Assembly: GCA_000934665.2 (NCBI GenBank)
Contig: KZ538022.1
Coordinates: 62,001-126,000 of the forward strand
Direction of reading: 5' to 3'
Source: Catajapyx aquilonaris
Lineage: Eukaryota
Length of the DNA stretch: 64,000 bases
Part shown: positions 25,126 through 38,888 of the stretch, one piece after another
Layout: every line of letters begins with the position of its first letter
How positions within the stretch are numbered: position 1 is the first letter of the stretch
Notes under the pieces: model-generated
Database searches by the model: none
What the model saw: the letters and a program-made list of their open reading frames with translations, nothing else
Told to the model about the DNA's origin: nothing
Program-made: the position numbers and the translations under genes

Positions 25126-25830
25126 GCCACGGCGAATCGAATGACGCCAACCGACACCCATGAATATCGATATGTATTAGTACATTGCGGAAGGAAATAT
25201 CGATACATATCAACTACGACCAATCGCATGCAGTCAATCGTCTCCCACGAATATCGATATCCTCTACAGATCCGAGAAATATTTTGCAACACAATATCAG
25301 TTCCTGTTGCATCTTATGAACCCCCCGATGGTATCTCCACCTTATCGTGGTGGTGGGGTTTGCGTTTCTCCCGTGACCCCAAGAGCTATGCCGGCGGTAG
25401 CTTCGTCTACTGGTAGGGCCTCCCAAGCCGGACAGGTCCTTGGGATAGGAGACAGACTAAGAGAGATGCCAGCCTTTCCTCTCTTCTTTTTCCTCTTCGT
25501 TTCTCTCTCCATCTGTCCCACCTTTGCTTCTTCTTACAGCCAGATAGCCATAGTTGCTTTGGCTTCTTCCAAATAAACCAAACCAAACCAAGCATCTTAT
25601 GAACATTTTTCCAATACGAAACAAGAGAAAATATAGTTCTAAAATAGTGATCAAAATAATTACAAAGACAATGCCCTCGTGTCAGGACATTAGGTCTGTA
25701 GATGATATATCGATTCACAGTGGAAGGAAATATCGATACAAATCAACCACGGCCAATCATATGGTGCCAATCGTCACCCATGAATATCGATATATCGATA
25801 CTTCGCGGGATGAAATATCTATTCATGTTA
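25126..25830. repeat. Two blocks (about 25126-25290 and 25700-25830) of an ~80 bp degenerate repeat unit
   Basis: Shared ggaaggaaatatcgataca.atcaac.acg.ccaatc...ccaatcgtc.ccca.gaatatcgatat. Confidence 0.8.
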
Positions 25831-28800
25831 CGGCGGGCGTTTGAAAAACAATCATGCGGGAAAGGATCGGCTAGTATACCAGTATTTTTATCAATAAAAT
25901 AACTAATTATAATTTAAATAAAGTGTTTAAAAGCATAAGTAAGCTTAACAAATAAAATAGTAAATGACATAAAAATAAGCCTGCTCGACTCCCTACTGGA
26001 ATAATTGGTCATCATGTAAAGCAAATACACTTGTTATGCACAGAGGATTGTACCCTGATAAGAGTGGGATTTCCCCTGGCAACAAGTGCAAAAATCTAAC
26101 TAGGGGGAGAGAGTCCAGAAGCTCCAAAAAAAGAGAGAACTAGAGGGGGGAAAATCAGAGTTGGGGAGAGAGGGGGAAAAATCCCAGGTGAAACGTCTGT
26201 TGAAAGCACAAAAGGCTGTCGGCAGGGTGACCTCTATACCAGCGTATCTCTTTCGGTGGCGAGGGAAACGTCAGTTATCGGCTTCCTTCACCTGCCACCT
26301 TGGGAGAGGAGGTGGGGGGATTGGAGCACTGCCCCCCCCCCCCTTTATTCATCTNATCTGACACTTCTATCGGCCGCAATTCCTGATAGATCCTTCACTC
26401 TCTCCACAGCTATAGACCTATATCTTCAAACATGCCCCCCTCCCTCCTTCTCGCTTATCCAACTTGCTGGACATTTCCGTGTTCCTGTTTCCAAATTGCA
26501 TGCTGTTTCGTACAGGGTGGACCAAGTACCCCAGTCACTTGAAGTCAGAATGACTTCAACAAATATCCAGCTTGGAAATACAACAAAAAAATATATGCCA
26601 AATACTTTCTTTAGACTAAAAAAGCGCCTAATATTTTATGCACCAAATTTACAAATTCGTACCACACTTTTTTTTGGGAACTTGGGCAGTGCCTCACCCT
26701 GCTGCTTCCTCCAGGGTTATATGATGCGGTGCCTTCCTTGGCTCGTCACGATTTTGCTGAAGTGCGCTTGAGTAACCGGAAACCACTCCATTTGATCACC
26801 CTGTTTCTCCAGCACTACGCTCCCTCGATCTTGGGGACGGAACAAAATTGCGCACTTTTCTTTTTTTTGGTGACACCGATATTGGAGGAATGTGACCTCG
26901 CCCCTCTCTTTTTTTTGTAGAAACTTGGAAGGCAATGCGGCGATGGAAACCCATCTAGTATGTACATGCAATCGTGCTAATGTCGCAGGAAAGAAGTGGA
27001 GTCAAATTTCGAAGGCGAGTGGCCTACAAATATTATCCAATAAAAATTATACTGCAAATAACATCATTCATCGAGGAAGAAAATGGCCGTTCTCTGTTCA
27101 GTATGTGCCCGTTTGTTTACAGTGCATTGAAACTGTTAATATACTATCGACACTCTCCATATTTTTGTCGAATGAAGTACATGTGTCAGTTTCCGGCTCG
27201 GCAAACGCTAAATCATCATTGTTCGTATCATAAACAGCGGGGGATAACGCCTGTAAACAAAAAAAAAGTTAATGGGGAATCAATTTTCTGCTGCTCTGAC
27301 CTGACATCGTTTCCGAGCACTAGAACCATTAATAATCATCTGCGCATATAATTACATCAATGTCATTGTTGGTCAACACACAGACCTTTAAATAAATGGA
27401 TATCGCCGAGCGGACAAGTAAAAAATATACTGGTACAAAACGAGCGATTCAAATGCCCAGCACCATTGCACAGGCTCTGGATGGAGCGGAATCGAAATAA
27501 AATTAGCCATAACTTAACCTGTTCATTAACGCTGATCTCGTTATAAACCCTTGAAGCGTGAACCCTGTCCATCCTAATTTTGACCCAAACAATAACCGGG
27601 GCCTGGGGGGGTCAGCTCTTCTCTCCATGCCAACGGCTATTTTGTAGCTGCAAAACCAGCGAATGATCGACATTATTTATGAAATTGATCCTTTACGCAC
27701 GACCAGATTCGCCAAAAAAGTTCGCACGTTTCCTCTCTCCCCATCCCCTCCAATCCGCGATCATAATTTACTGTCGCCATTTCAATAACTGAACTGGTTT
27801 GGGGGGGACCATCGGTCGTAATGGAAAATTTGCAGAGATAAGCTCCGGGATCGCATATTATATTTTCGCTCCGGATAATTGCGGTTCGAGTCGTTACTGG
27901 GACCAGTTTGTAGTACAGTGATGAATTCGAATTTGCAAACAACAGTGCAAATATTCAACGTTTCTCTTTACTTCACTCAATTTGCAATTATTGCCAGTGT
28001 ATTACTCCAGAGTAATTCACTTTTCGTCATATCGTGTCAATAATTTAAACTGTCAAAAATGTCACGGCTTGGTCCTGTCGAGTCATCAGCCCTGGTTACA
28101 CGGAGAAAGCTTTCTTTGTCCGGATCCATAGTTCTTTTTAACATCGGAGAATTTTCTCCCCGGCTGTAAGTTTGAATTAGAGTCAGGGGCTTGGAAACCT
28201 TCCCTTCTCTTCTTTTCATTGGATATTGAAAGTCAATTACCATCCTTTTAGCGTCTGTCACTCATCCAGATAGGATAATGGAATATTGCGGACTGGTAGA
28301 GCTCCAAATGTACACGGTTTTGGCGACAGAACTTTTTTGGCAACACTTTTTTGCCAATTTTCCAAAGCAGGTTTCTTCCCATGCCACTGACAAGAAGTCG
28401 ATTTCTTCGTAAGAAAAATTTATCTACTAATTTTAATAGGAGGTTGTGGGTGGGCGGAGGGAGAGAAAATTGGGCAAAAACACGAGGGCGAAGTAGTAAC
28501 ACTGCTTTTCTGAAGCCTCCTAGTAAAAAGAGCAGGTGACAGTAATTGAAGCTACCCATTTTGAATGGATCGATCACGCGAAGCTTCTGCAATAATGTTA
28601 TGGGTGGGAAGGACGGACCCCAAATTTTAACTTTCACACCAAGGCCGGTAACTCCAGTCCTAACGTGTAATTATCCCTAAAGGCTACCATCCTTGATGAT
28701 TACCAGGAGTAAGTTAGTCACCTGCCATTTTTTAAAAAAGCAAATTGAGCCAAAATCAGGCCACACATTTTTTAAATGTCCCACATCCGGTAATGATTGA

Positions 28801-29279
28801 GTTGCATTGTTACGTATGCAAGTGATTCAAAGTTGCACGTACTAATCAACCAGGACGAACTCAAGCCGAGCGAGAAGATTCCGCTTGGAGGTACGGCCCC
28901 GTTAACAATGCAAAGTGGCCCAGATGCCAATTTTCTCACGTACCTTGCAAAATTTCCATGCAGATCTCTCAACCTCGAAACCACTTTTCCTCCGCCGCTC
29001 TTTTTTTTCTCCTCCTTTTAAACCTCCCCTCCCTCTCCTCCCCACCCCTTCCCTTCCCTCGCACAGACTGCCAACAAGGTCTATGACTCTACTTCAATAT
29101 TATTAGCCCAACACCTGGAAGGCTGGCTACGATAGAAAACGTGGTAACGCTGCCGGAGCTTCATTTAAGTTCAGATCAAAACAAAATAACGAATAACTAA
29201 GAACTAATAGCAAATAGCAAATAAAGCGTAGCTAATAACATAAGTCATCAGCTGGGTTATGTTACACATAGCTATAATA

Positions 29280-29650
29280 CCAAATAGTGAATACCTAATA
29301 GTGAATACCTAATAGATAATAAATAATAGCTAATGAATTATAATAGATAATAAATAATAACCAGTGAATTATAATAGATAATAAATAATAACTAATGAAT
29401 TATAATAGATAATAAATAATAACTAATGAATTATAATAGATAATAAATAATAACTAATGAATTATAATAGATAATAAATAATAACTAAGATCATAAATCA
29501 TAATAGATAATAAATAATAACTAAGATCATAAATCATAATAGATTATAAATAATAGATCATAAGTACTAAGTCATAACTTATAGATTATAAATCATCACT
29601 AATAGCTAATAACTAATATATCATAACTAATAATAATTGATCATAACTGA
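29280..29650. repeat. AT-rich minisatellite, 31 bp unit, decaying at the edges
   Basis: Repeated aataactaatgaattataatagataataaat. Confidence 0.9.
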
Positions 29651-29654
29651 TGTA

Positions 29655-29893
29655 CAGGGTGTTCTAAATTCGTGGGTCGTTTTTTATAACTGATATTGCC
29701 CGATAGTAGCTCGCCATAGAAATTTTTGTAGCTTATTGTTGTGCTCATAACCCAGGTGCCCCATTACTCCCAGGGGGTCGAATATAGCAGTCGCTATAGA
29801 ATGGGGCACCTGATGGGCACAACAAACTACAAAAATAACTACTAACGGCCAATATCAGTTATAAAAAACGACCTACAATTTTGGAACACCCTG
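29655..29893. mobile_element. Tc1/mariner-type MITE, 239 bp, TA target-site duplication
   Basis: ta|cagggtgttctaaattcgtgggtcgtttttttataactgatattg ... caatatcagttataaaaaacgacctacaattttggaacaccctg|ta. The inner region is also inverted (caggtgccccatt / aatggggcacctg). Confidence 0.88.
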
Positions 29894-32800
29894 TATAATA
29901 GATGTAATAACAAAGACTAATATCAACACCGAATAACAATAAATAGTTAATAGCACATAACTAGTCAGAAACAGCCAATAGCACATAACTGGTAAGAAAT
30001 AGCAAAATAATAACAAATTATAACAAACAGCAGATAGGTGGTTGAATTGAGATCACGTGGCAGGGTTGGCATTAAAGGAGAACGGGTCTGCGTGGCAGCC
30101 CCATCGTAAACATGCGTAATGAATACAAATATCGCGGCAGCATCCACGTATAAATATCAATCAGCCAGGTAGATCCCTAGGAAAATTCACGACCGTCCAG
30201 AAGAGGCTGGGGGAGAAGGAGAGAGCTAAGGAAAAAAATGGCTCCAACACGAGCCCCTATCCTCTCCTCTTCGAAAATCCCTGGAAACACCCCGCCATTC
30301 TGAGCATTACGAGCCTCATCCGTCTGCTCCCCCCCCCCCATCCCCCTCGGCTTCAAATACAATCTAGGCTGCTCTACAAATCAAACAAATGCGGCAATTA
30401 CTGTGGTCCGTCGGGAGAGAAAGATCTAAGGGAGTCTGCGCCATAACTTCAGACGCTGGAAAAAATATTCGCTCGCAAACACTCTTAACACTTAGGACCG
30501 GTTGTTGTACCAACTCCGATTTGTTTTTAAAAATCCAGACACTAATAATCGGCTGTCTGTCTGTCGGTTTGCTTGTCCAGGGTGAGTCATCACATAAACT
30601 CATCCAGGTTCACGTAGTACCACTATCCCTCGCACAGGTGGCGTATCCTTCTTCTCACCACATTCCTGCCACTCTTAGGGTCGTACTATGGTACTACGTG
30701 TACCTGGATGATGACTCACCCCGGACAAGCAAACAGACAGCCAGACATAGCCGATTAGAATAATTATGATTTGCTTTACTGTACCGTGTGGTGCAAATGT
30801 TTCAATTTCACACATTTTCTGAAGAAACTGAGAATTTTTTTTCTCGTGCAGATTCAGATTCGGCGAGGGGTAATTAAAATTTGTTGCAGAGGTTGTGCAA
30901 ACGTGTAATTTCATGTGATGGAGGCGGAGTAAGTGCTTGAGAGGTAAAGACGTTAAAGAGGCCTTTTCGTGAAATAAGCACTTGGCAAGCTTTGGATCAA
31001 TAAGAACAGGCTAGGATAGGAACCAGGGTCATTTCCTTAGACGCTCGACTATTAAAAAATGGTGCAACTTAATTAGCCAAATAAAATTCCGGGGGTTGGT
31101 AAAATAAACACGGGCATTACACTTCACCATAACTTATAATTACGAGTTGTGGTGGGATAATAGCCCCGTAAAATTGCGGTGCTTCTTCCAGATTTTTTTT
31201 TTCCAAGGAAAAAGAAGTTGGAGAGCAAGGTTGGAAATATTTAGCTTCCCATTTCTAACGGTTGCTGGAGGAAACAATCCATAACTTCTTATTGAGCCGA
31301 CTGGAGAAGCAGCGCATGCTTTTGAGAGAAATCCCAGGCATTCCTCCGCGATACATTATTCGTCCAAAGTTGGTCCAAAATGCAGATGCGGCCCTTTCGT
31401 GTATTCCCAACGGGGTTTGAAGGAAAAGCAGCATCTTGGCCCGAAACCTAGCCAGAAGAAATAATAGTAATAAAAAAGAGTTTTCTTATTTGTATGCCAG
31501 CAGTTTGGAAATGACTCTCCAGGGGGGACTGGGGCCATCCAGCTGGGCCCCCTCATCTTCGGCTCTGGGTGCCACGATGCCTCTGGAATATTAATATTCC
31601 AGCCATATACAGCTAGGATTATGGCCGCTTATAAAAATTTTAAAAAATTGGTAATGAACAATTAGAAATATGGGCAATTGAAAACTCAGGTGCTTTTCAT
31701 ACTCTCAAACACAAAGCTTTCCACTTGCTTGGGCCGCCTTTTCACAATTTTCAGCTCGTTTCTCCCCAACTCCTGGTCCCCTAATTCGGGCAGGGATGAG
31801 CGCCCATCCCAAATTGAGCCATTGTCAAATTTTCCAGGTGGTCCTGAATGCGAATCGTTAGTTACGTGGTGGCTACTACACCCCCCCTCTGATTCTGATT
31901 GCGAGCCAGTTGACAGCAGCGGGAGACGCATTCTAATTCCTGCACGCTCCACTTGCCCAACTGCACCATTTCGATGTATAAAAGAGAGAGGCTATATAGA
32001 ATAGAGTGGGGGGTTGGGAGGAGGAGGAGGATATTTAAAAAAAAGCGAGACCATTTTAATAAGCTGCATCGGACATAGCTTCCTAGGCACGGAGCCCGGA
32101 TTGATTGCTCCTCTATTAAAAATCTGCCGGTGAAGCTAACGATTATGAAGCGACGTAGACACACCCAGTCGGGGATTAATAAGCAAAAGCTCGTAATATC
32201 AGATTAAAATTCTTACACCCCCTAAAAAGCGCTAGCCAGATATGAAATTTTGCACTTCCGTACTTACGTATATCCGCAGGCTCAGCTCTATACTGTATGT
32301 AGCTACTAGCAGGGGGCCCGTTCTTCGCACGGTGATTGATATAAAATCTGTGCCACAATTTCCGCAGATGAGACACCAAACATCATTACAAAATTCCAAA
32401 TTTTGGGTATTTAGACTCAAAAAAGTGCAGTTGTCGGACTTTTCCTCGAATCATCGGCACGTAAGACGTCCGAGTGCCAAGTGTCAGTACTCTAAGTACT
32501 AAGGCTTAGTAGTGGCTTAGGTAGCCGACTAGCCGTGACATACGTAAATACCAATAAACTTTCTGCTTTATATATGTACGATGACTTTAGTTACAAGCCA
32601 TCCTGTACATGTTCCCAATTTTTTTTCTCTAGCCCATAGGCAAGAAAAAAGAAATAGGCCCGACACTAGATTGATCATAGGTGAAAACAGAACTGCTATA
32701 TTCACGGGGCTGTTTTCTTCGCCGCAAACACCACTCACAAGATTGGAGGAAAAAGAGAGGAAGATGACGATAGGGGGGAGAAGAGAGATGAGGCGAAGAC

Positions 32801-35800
32801 TTCGAACCAAGACAAACAGCTGGAGGGAAGAGTGGGAATGGTGGGGAGATGGGGGGAGGGAGTGAAAATTACAGAAAAGTGTGTCCTTTCCTTCTCCTTA
32901 CTTTCCTTCTCCTGGATGCCTCTAGAGAGACTGCAATTTCTTAGGAAGTAGAGCTACACGGGATCCAAAAAAAAAATGTCAGATTTTTTGTGGTACCAAA
33001 GTTTCACAAACAGTCGCATGGTCCAATAATAATATTGAGGGCTCAGGGTAAAGAACCGGTCTTGAAACTATGTGATCACACTGTCAGGCTATGAGAAATT
33101 GACAATCAAGATGATTAACATATCACCTGTGTTGGTTCATTGTTTCATTTCCATGCTACACTGTAAAATTTGTAAAAATAATTTATTGCTAATAAACACC
33201 CCACTACTGTGATATTAATATAATTTTGTCACGATTAAACTTATGAAAATATTAATGATCGAATTTTGGGATATTTTTGGATTTGAGCCTGATCGAACCT
33301 GTAAGCAATCAAGCGTTGATTATTTAGATAAAATTTGGTAATTAAACGCTAACAATGCAATTTGCACGGGCTTGTGTGTGTGGCATCCCACCAACTAATA
33401 AAATAACGAGTGATTATTTTTTGAACCCTTTTTGAGAGTGATTTGTGGCAATGATATCAAATCCGCATGGCCTAATTGCAACCTAATTACACTTTTCAAA
33501 CTCAAAATCCTCACAAAGGCATGATTCACCACTGCACACAAGCTGTCATCTGACTATTAATCTACTATCGCTTAGGCTACTATGAACTGTTGATTAATTA
33601 AGTACCCAATTTTCTTTATTTTGTACTTAGGTCATACAGACCAAGACTGAGACACTTATTTACATAGATGTTCACCTTTAATTGATTTTTATCGTACTTA
33701 TTTAAATACTTTGTTTATTTTAGGTTATACCGGGTTATACGCTTTATTACACTATATTATTTATTTCAATTTATTATTAGGCCTACTCTGATTACGTTCA
33801 TTCATTTATTCCCGGTCTACGATTAATTTCCTTATTTGTTTTCTTGTCCATGTCAATTATATTTATTTCGATTTATTAATTCGAAAATTTAATTGATTTC
33901 ATTTATTTTAATTAAGGTTTTGATTTGTTGGTGTGGTGGACTTGAGAATAAATTAACGTAACCGTATTGTTTAAAATCAGAAAAAGGGTCAGCAATTTAA
34001 ACTGATTGATGGAAGTCACTCCTCATCGTTTCACCCCGTCATATAATGTCGATTCATTTGCAAGAATACACGAAGGATAACTCAACGTCAGTCAAGAAAT
34101 AGCACATTAATATCCCCACCCACCCACCTCCCCATCGGCCTTTTCCCTCCCCCATTTGCAGATGACTTTGGGCCAGACTAAATGCCAGGCCCAGAATAAA
34201 TGGTAGCCGACCTTTCAGCCCACGATTCACTGACCATCACCAGCATCAGGGGGGCACGGGTCATTTGCTCTGCCCGGGCAACAAAAGCGAATTAAATTGA
34301 ATGGATGGCATTTCGCGAGAGGGGCTCGTATACCGTGCCATTTTCACTTTTTTAGCGGTTAAAAAAAAAAAGAGTCAGAGAGAGAGAGAAAGGGCCCGCT
34401 TCTATCAGTCTGGTGCATCACAAAAAAAAGTACCAACCCCCCAGCTTAGAAATGGCTCCTTATATCACTGATAAACGCCCCAGGTTTTATACCTGCTGAA
34501 CTCTGGCACTAACTGGTCCGACGAAGAACATTTCCACACCTCTCCTCTTGTTCAATCTGGAAGGCCAGAATCGCCTATTGCTGCTCCGCAACATTGCTGT
34601 TACATTACTTTTGCTTATCGGTAACCCCTCCTTCCACCATCACAACACTTCGGCTTTTGTTTACAGGCACTAGAAAAGCGATAACCGTGTAAGCAAAGAG
34701 GCAATATACTACTTTAGATGGGGTAAAAGCTCGACCATATTTTTGTCGGCCTAAAAAAGAAGGACGGCCATTTCAGGTCTGTTGTTTACTAACAAACACT
34801 GCAGATATTACAACAGAACTGGACATTAAAATATTGTCAAAAAAAAACAGTGTCGCCGGTCGCCGCACAGTTGTGGACAAGTAATGAACTTAAAAGCATG
34901 TCCGTAACAATTCTGCGCCATCGAGACCCAATTTACCCAAAGCTAAAGCACTCTTTTGAAATCCAGAGAATAGTTAAACGGCACAGATTTTCTTTCCTGG
35001 TGCTCCGTATAATCGCATTTTCGCTTTTTTTAAAAAAAAGTTTGCAAAAGAAACCGTTCACAAAAGCCCCGTATCCCAATTTCACGCTCGGCCGATTCTC
35101 ATCCGGGCCCGATTTTCAGACGTACTTTGATCATTCTTCAACTTCCTGCGGGGAAAAAAATTCAGATGAGTCTCATTGGTCAAGCTTCGCGAAAACACGA
35201 GTTTATGTTCTGAACCGCACTTTTTTTTTGGCGGTTTTCTCAAAAGGGGGTCGGAGTCTGGAGTGAGATACGACCACTAACCCGGGCCTTTCCAGCCAAA
35301 GCTATTACGTGTGTGGGGGCTTGTCTGGGCCAAAGTGTCCCGCATGCTAATTCGGGGTGAGTGCGTCCCTGGGTGATGGAGAGGCGTCAAAAGCACGTGA
35401 TAACAATGCCCCGCAGCAAAATCTCAGAATTACTCGCGAGCAAAAAAAAAAGAGTGTTGTTGTCAGATCTGTTTCCTGAGGCTTGACTTGTATCGGAAAT
35501 GAAATTGTCCGGAACCACGACGTGGCCCAGATAACTCAAAAAAAATGTGCAATATCAGCGTCCTGCCACCAAAAGTTTAGCAACAAAACCCTGCTTTTGT
35601 GTGTGTGTATAAACTGCCGCTGGCTATGTGCCCAACAGTGGGAACTGACAATGTGCACACACACAAAAAAAAATCGCAGTACATTTTTCAATCATACACA
35701 CGCTTTGGGGCTCGCTAATTGCAACGAGTGGCAGAAAAGTGCAATATATGTAACAGTTCTAGCATGCAGCAGTTGGCCAATAATAACTCAGCAGTTTTGT

Positions 35801-37680
35801 AGCTGCTACTCAAAAATAGCGATTATATCGGATAGCTAGCTCTTCACTTTTATTCAATATTTATAGTGTAACTAGCAACGGTACAGTTCTTCACACCGCC
35901 GAATAATAACATTGCACAAATCCGAATTTATGCATGGACGAACAAACAAACTTTGCCTTTTATAGTAATATACATAATTAGTATTGTTTTCTTCATTCAC
36001 TCCTTACTTCCATAACTTATTACAACTTATTCGTTACTCCTTGAGACCAACTAAAAGCGAGAGCTATTTTTAAATAACTTTATAAAATGCGAAAAAAAGC
36101 AGTTCTGAATACAGTATTAGAAATTTCATACTGTGTAATCACTGCTACTACTGATCGCTGCTATTTAGCAATGTTAACCGCTATTTTCCCACTATGGATC
36201 GCTGCTACTTAGCAGTGTTAACAGCAGTTTTCCCCACCTTTAGCCTGCATAATTAGCGTAATACTTGTCGCCAATAGTAATGCGGGGTCTGGATTATTTT
36301 CTTTACTCCAACAGCCACCCTCCCCTGGAGGTACAGGCAGTACATCAACAAGCCGGAATCCATTATAAGCAGCGCTCATTTGCACGTTTCCCCCATCAGG
36401 TAATGTAAACCAAACCTTTACTTAGGGAAGGCCGCAAACAACAAAGCGTCAAGGCATTAGCAAGTACAAGTTGGGTTTCCCCCAGCCCTTTCAGCAGTTT
36501 GCAAAAAAATAGAGAGAGAGAAGTCCGGAAGGCTTCCGTGGCATTTGGCGGAAAGAGGTTGGTGGGGAAGGCTTGAAAGGGCTTTTCCGGGCATGCAAAG
36601 TGGCGCCACCTACGTTTGCTTGGATGCAAAACCCTGGGCAAGTCACCTCTTTGTCAATAGCAGAAGCCTCTTCTCTTCTTTTTTTTTCGCACAAAAAGGA
36701 TTAAGAGAGAGGGACAAGTGGGACAGGCCATCGGAATATTCCATGCTCAAGAGCAGCTGGGAGAAGACAGGTCAGTGCTCTTGCTGGCTTACTTTGGTGG
36801 AAAAGTCCAAAAATGGCGAGAACTAACATTTTCCTGCATATTTTGCTTGTTTGTTTGTCCGGAGTGAATAGTACTCCTCACCTGACGCTGATAGTGGCAG
36901 GATTGTGGTAATAAGGAGGATGCGCCACATATGCAAGCGGTATGGTACTACGAAGTCAGGTTCGTCGTTGAGGTGATGACTCACCCTTGACAAATAAACA
37001 GTTTTGCTAACGTTTGGCAAAGGTGTTACACTTAGTAAAAATCTAAACCGGTTACACGTAGTGGGCGCAAAACAGCCTGTTAAGTTCATTCATTTGTGAA
37101 GTGCGGTTTGGACAGGCCGCACGAAAACAACTACAATTGGGTTAGCGTGGAAGCTGGACTTTAATAAGTCAGTTCAGGTAAGTCGGTCGGACAGCACGTG
37201 TCCGAGCTCCACGGTCCCTTCCTGACAACTATCCAAGTTTGCTCGGCTAGGGAGCCACGTGTGCTGCATACTAATTGTGGGATGAATAGAAACAAGCGGG
37301 GACCCTAGCCCTTCCCTCCCTGCACTATACTGCAGGTCAATGCTCATATTATTGCCGGACATGATTGTCGCATTACCATTACAGAGCTCGTCCTGCACTC
37401 CCCTCGTGCTTGCAGCCTACGAACATGTTATAAACCGTCACCTATTTGGGGAAAAACACTTCCAGGTGTCGCTGAAACACGCAAATCACATGTGGACACA
37501 ATATGTGCAGTGAAATAGCTGTTTAAAGCAGCCGCTACTTTTAAATAGCAGTGCGATTATAAATAGCGTTTAGTGTCATCAAGAATAAAATCCAGATAAA
37601 ATCGCTGCTATTTGGCCGAAAAACAAGCGAAAAACGCCGTGTTTGTAACAAGGTTGCCAATAGCTGCCCACGAGCGGTGG

Positions 37681-37785
37681 AGACGCGATAAAGACGCGAT
37701 CGACATGCGATCACGACTCCATCTCAGTTCCTAACGTGGCCGAGTCCAGACTGCGCACCATCGCGATCGCGTCTCGACCGCGTCT
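37681..37785. repeat. CpG-rich imperfect inverted repeat
   Basis: agacgcgataaagacgcgatcg ... cgatcgcgtctcgaccgcgtct. Confidence 0.55.
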
Positions 37786-38438
37786 GGCCATAAATGCGAC
37801 TCCCTCCTATCGCAATGACTCAATAAGCAATAAAGAGGTGGCGAAATGGCCGCGAGATTTCCGGTGGAAGTAATTACAAGCTCGGGGACTCCCGATAATG
37901 AACGCGTGCAATATTTTCGCAATCCCTCTCTGCCTCTGTGTTATGGGGAGGGGTCGGATGGTGTGTGTGGAGGGTTAATATTCGTCGAAAATCCGCGACA
38001 GCCAGATGGGGACGAGCCCTCATGTGTTTTGTCCAATTAGAACATGCTCAGCGGGCTGTCCGGTGGATGTTGGTCAAAGCCCGCATTTTGTTTGTCCCCC
38101 CCCCCTCCCATCCTCCCATCCTCCTCCTCCTGTATATGTGTGTATATGTATGTATCGATCACCCGAGGGGTCATAACTGGCCTCGTGGGGGACACAAACC
38201 CAGCTCTTGATAGCCTCAGTTTATAGTTACACGATATAAGTGTGTCAGAGGTCAGGCAACAGCCAGGTCTAATAGACGTATCATTTTAAAAACCCGCATT
38301 ATATTGGTTTCTAATACCTTATAATAGCTACTAAAGTAACCAATATGACTAAAATATATTAGCTAGCAATATTAGATGACTTATATAACGAATATTTTAT
38401 AACCATCAAAAGGAACCAAAATACTAGTATAATATCTG

Positions 38439-38490
38439 GAAATATTAGTCGGCTCTAATAACTCTAGTTATTAGAGCCGACTAATATTTC
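38439..38490. repeat. Perfect palindrome with 25 bp arms and a 2 nt spacer, inside a degenerate AT-rich tandem array (about 38300-38710)
   Basis: gaaatattagtcggctctaataact-ct-agttattagagccgactaatatttc. Confidence 0.92.
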
Positions 38491-38752
38491 TATACCTATA
38501 TAATTTTATAACCGTTAAGTTACCAAAATCACTAAACTATTGGTAATATTAGGCAACTCTAACATAACTAGCTAATCTTTTATAACCATTAAGAGTACCC
38601 ATAATAACTAAAATATTAGCTCGAAATATCAGAGGCCCTTACATTAACTAGCTATCACTTTGTAACTATTAAAAGTAACCAAAATAACATATTAGTTGGA
38701 AATGTTTGGCTGATGCATGGTCATGGTAAACCTCAAAAATTAAAAGAGTTAG

Positions 38753-38888
38753 TGAGTCTCCCATGGAGCATCAATTTTTAATGCTTTTCTAATGCTCTGG
38801 TAACGCTCTTGTGACGCTTTTTAGCAACAAAAAAGCATCGCAAGAGAACTATAAGAGCATTAAAAATTGATGCTCCATGGGAGACTCA
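38753..38888. mobile_element. Fold-back, MITE-like element with perfect 33 bp inverted arms
   Basis: tgagtctcccatggagcatcaatttttaatgct ... agcattaaaaattgatgctccatgggagactca. Weaker pairing extends to about 38731-38915. No clear TSD. Confidence 0.7.

Noticed and set aside
29280..29650. Regular repeats resembling a CRISPR array
   Set aside because: Head-to-tail AT-rich units without unique spacers, no cas genes, and a spliceosomal-intron context.
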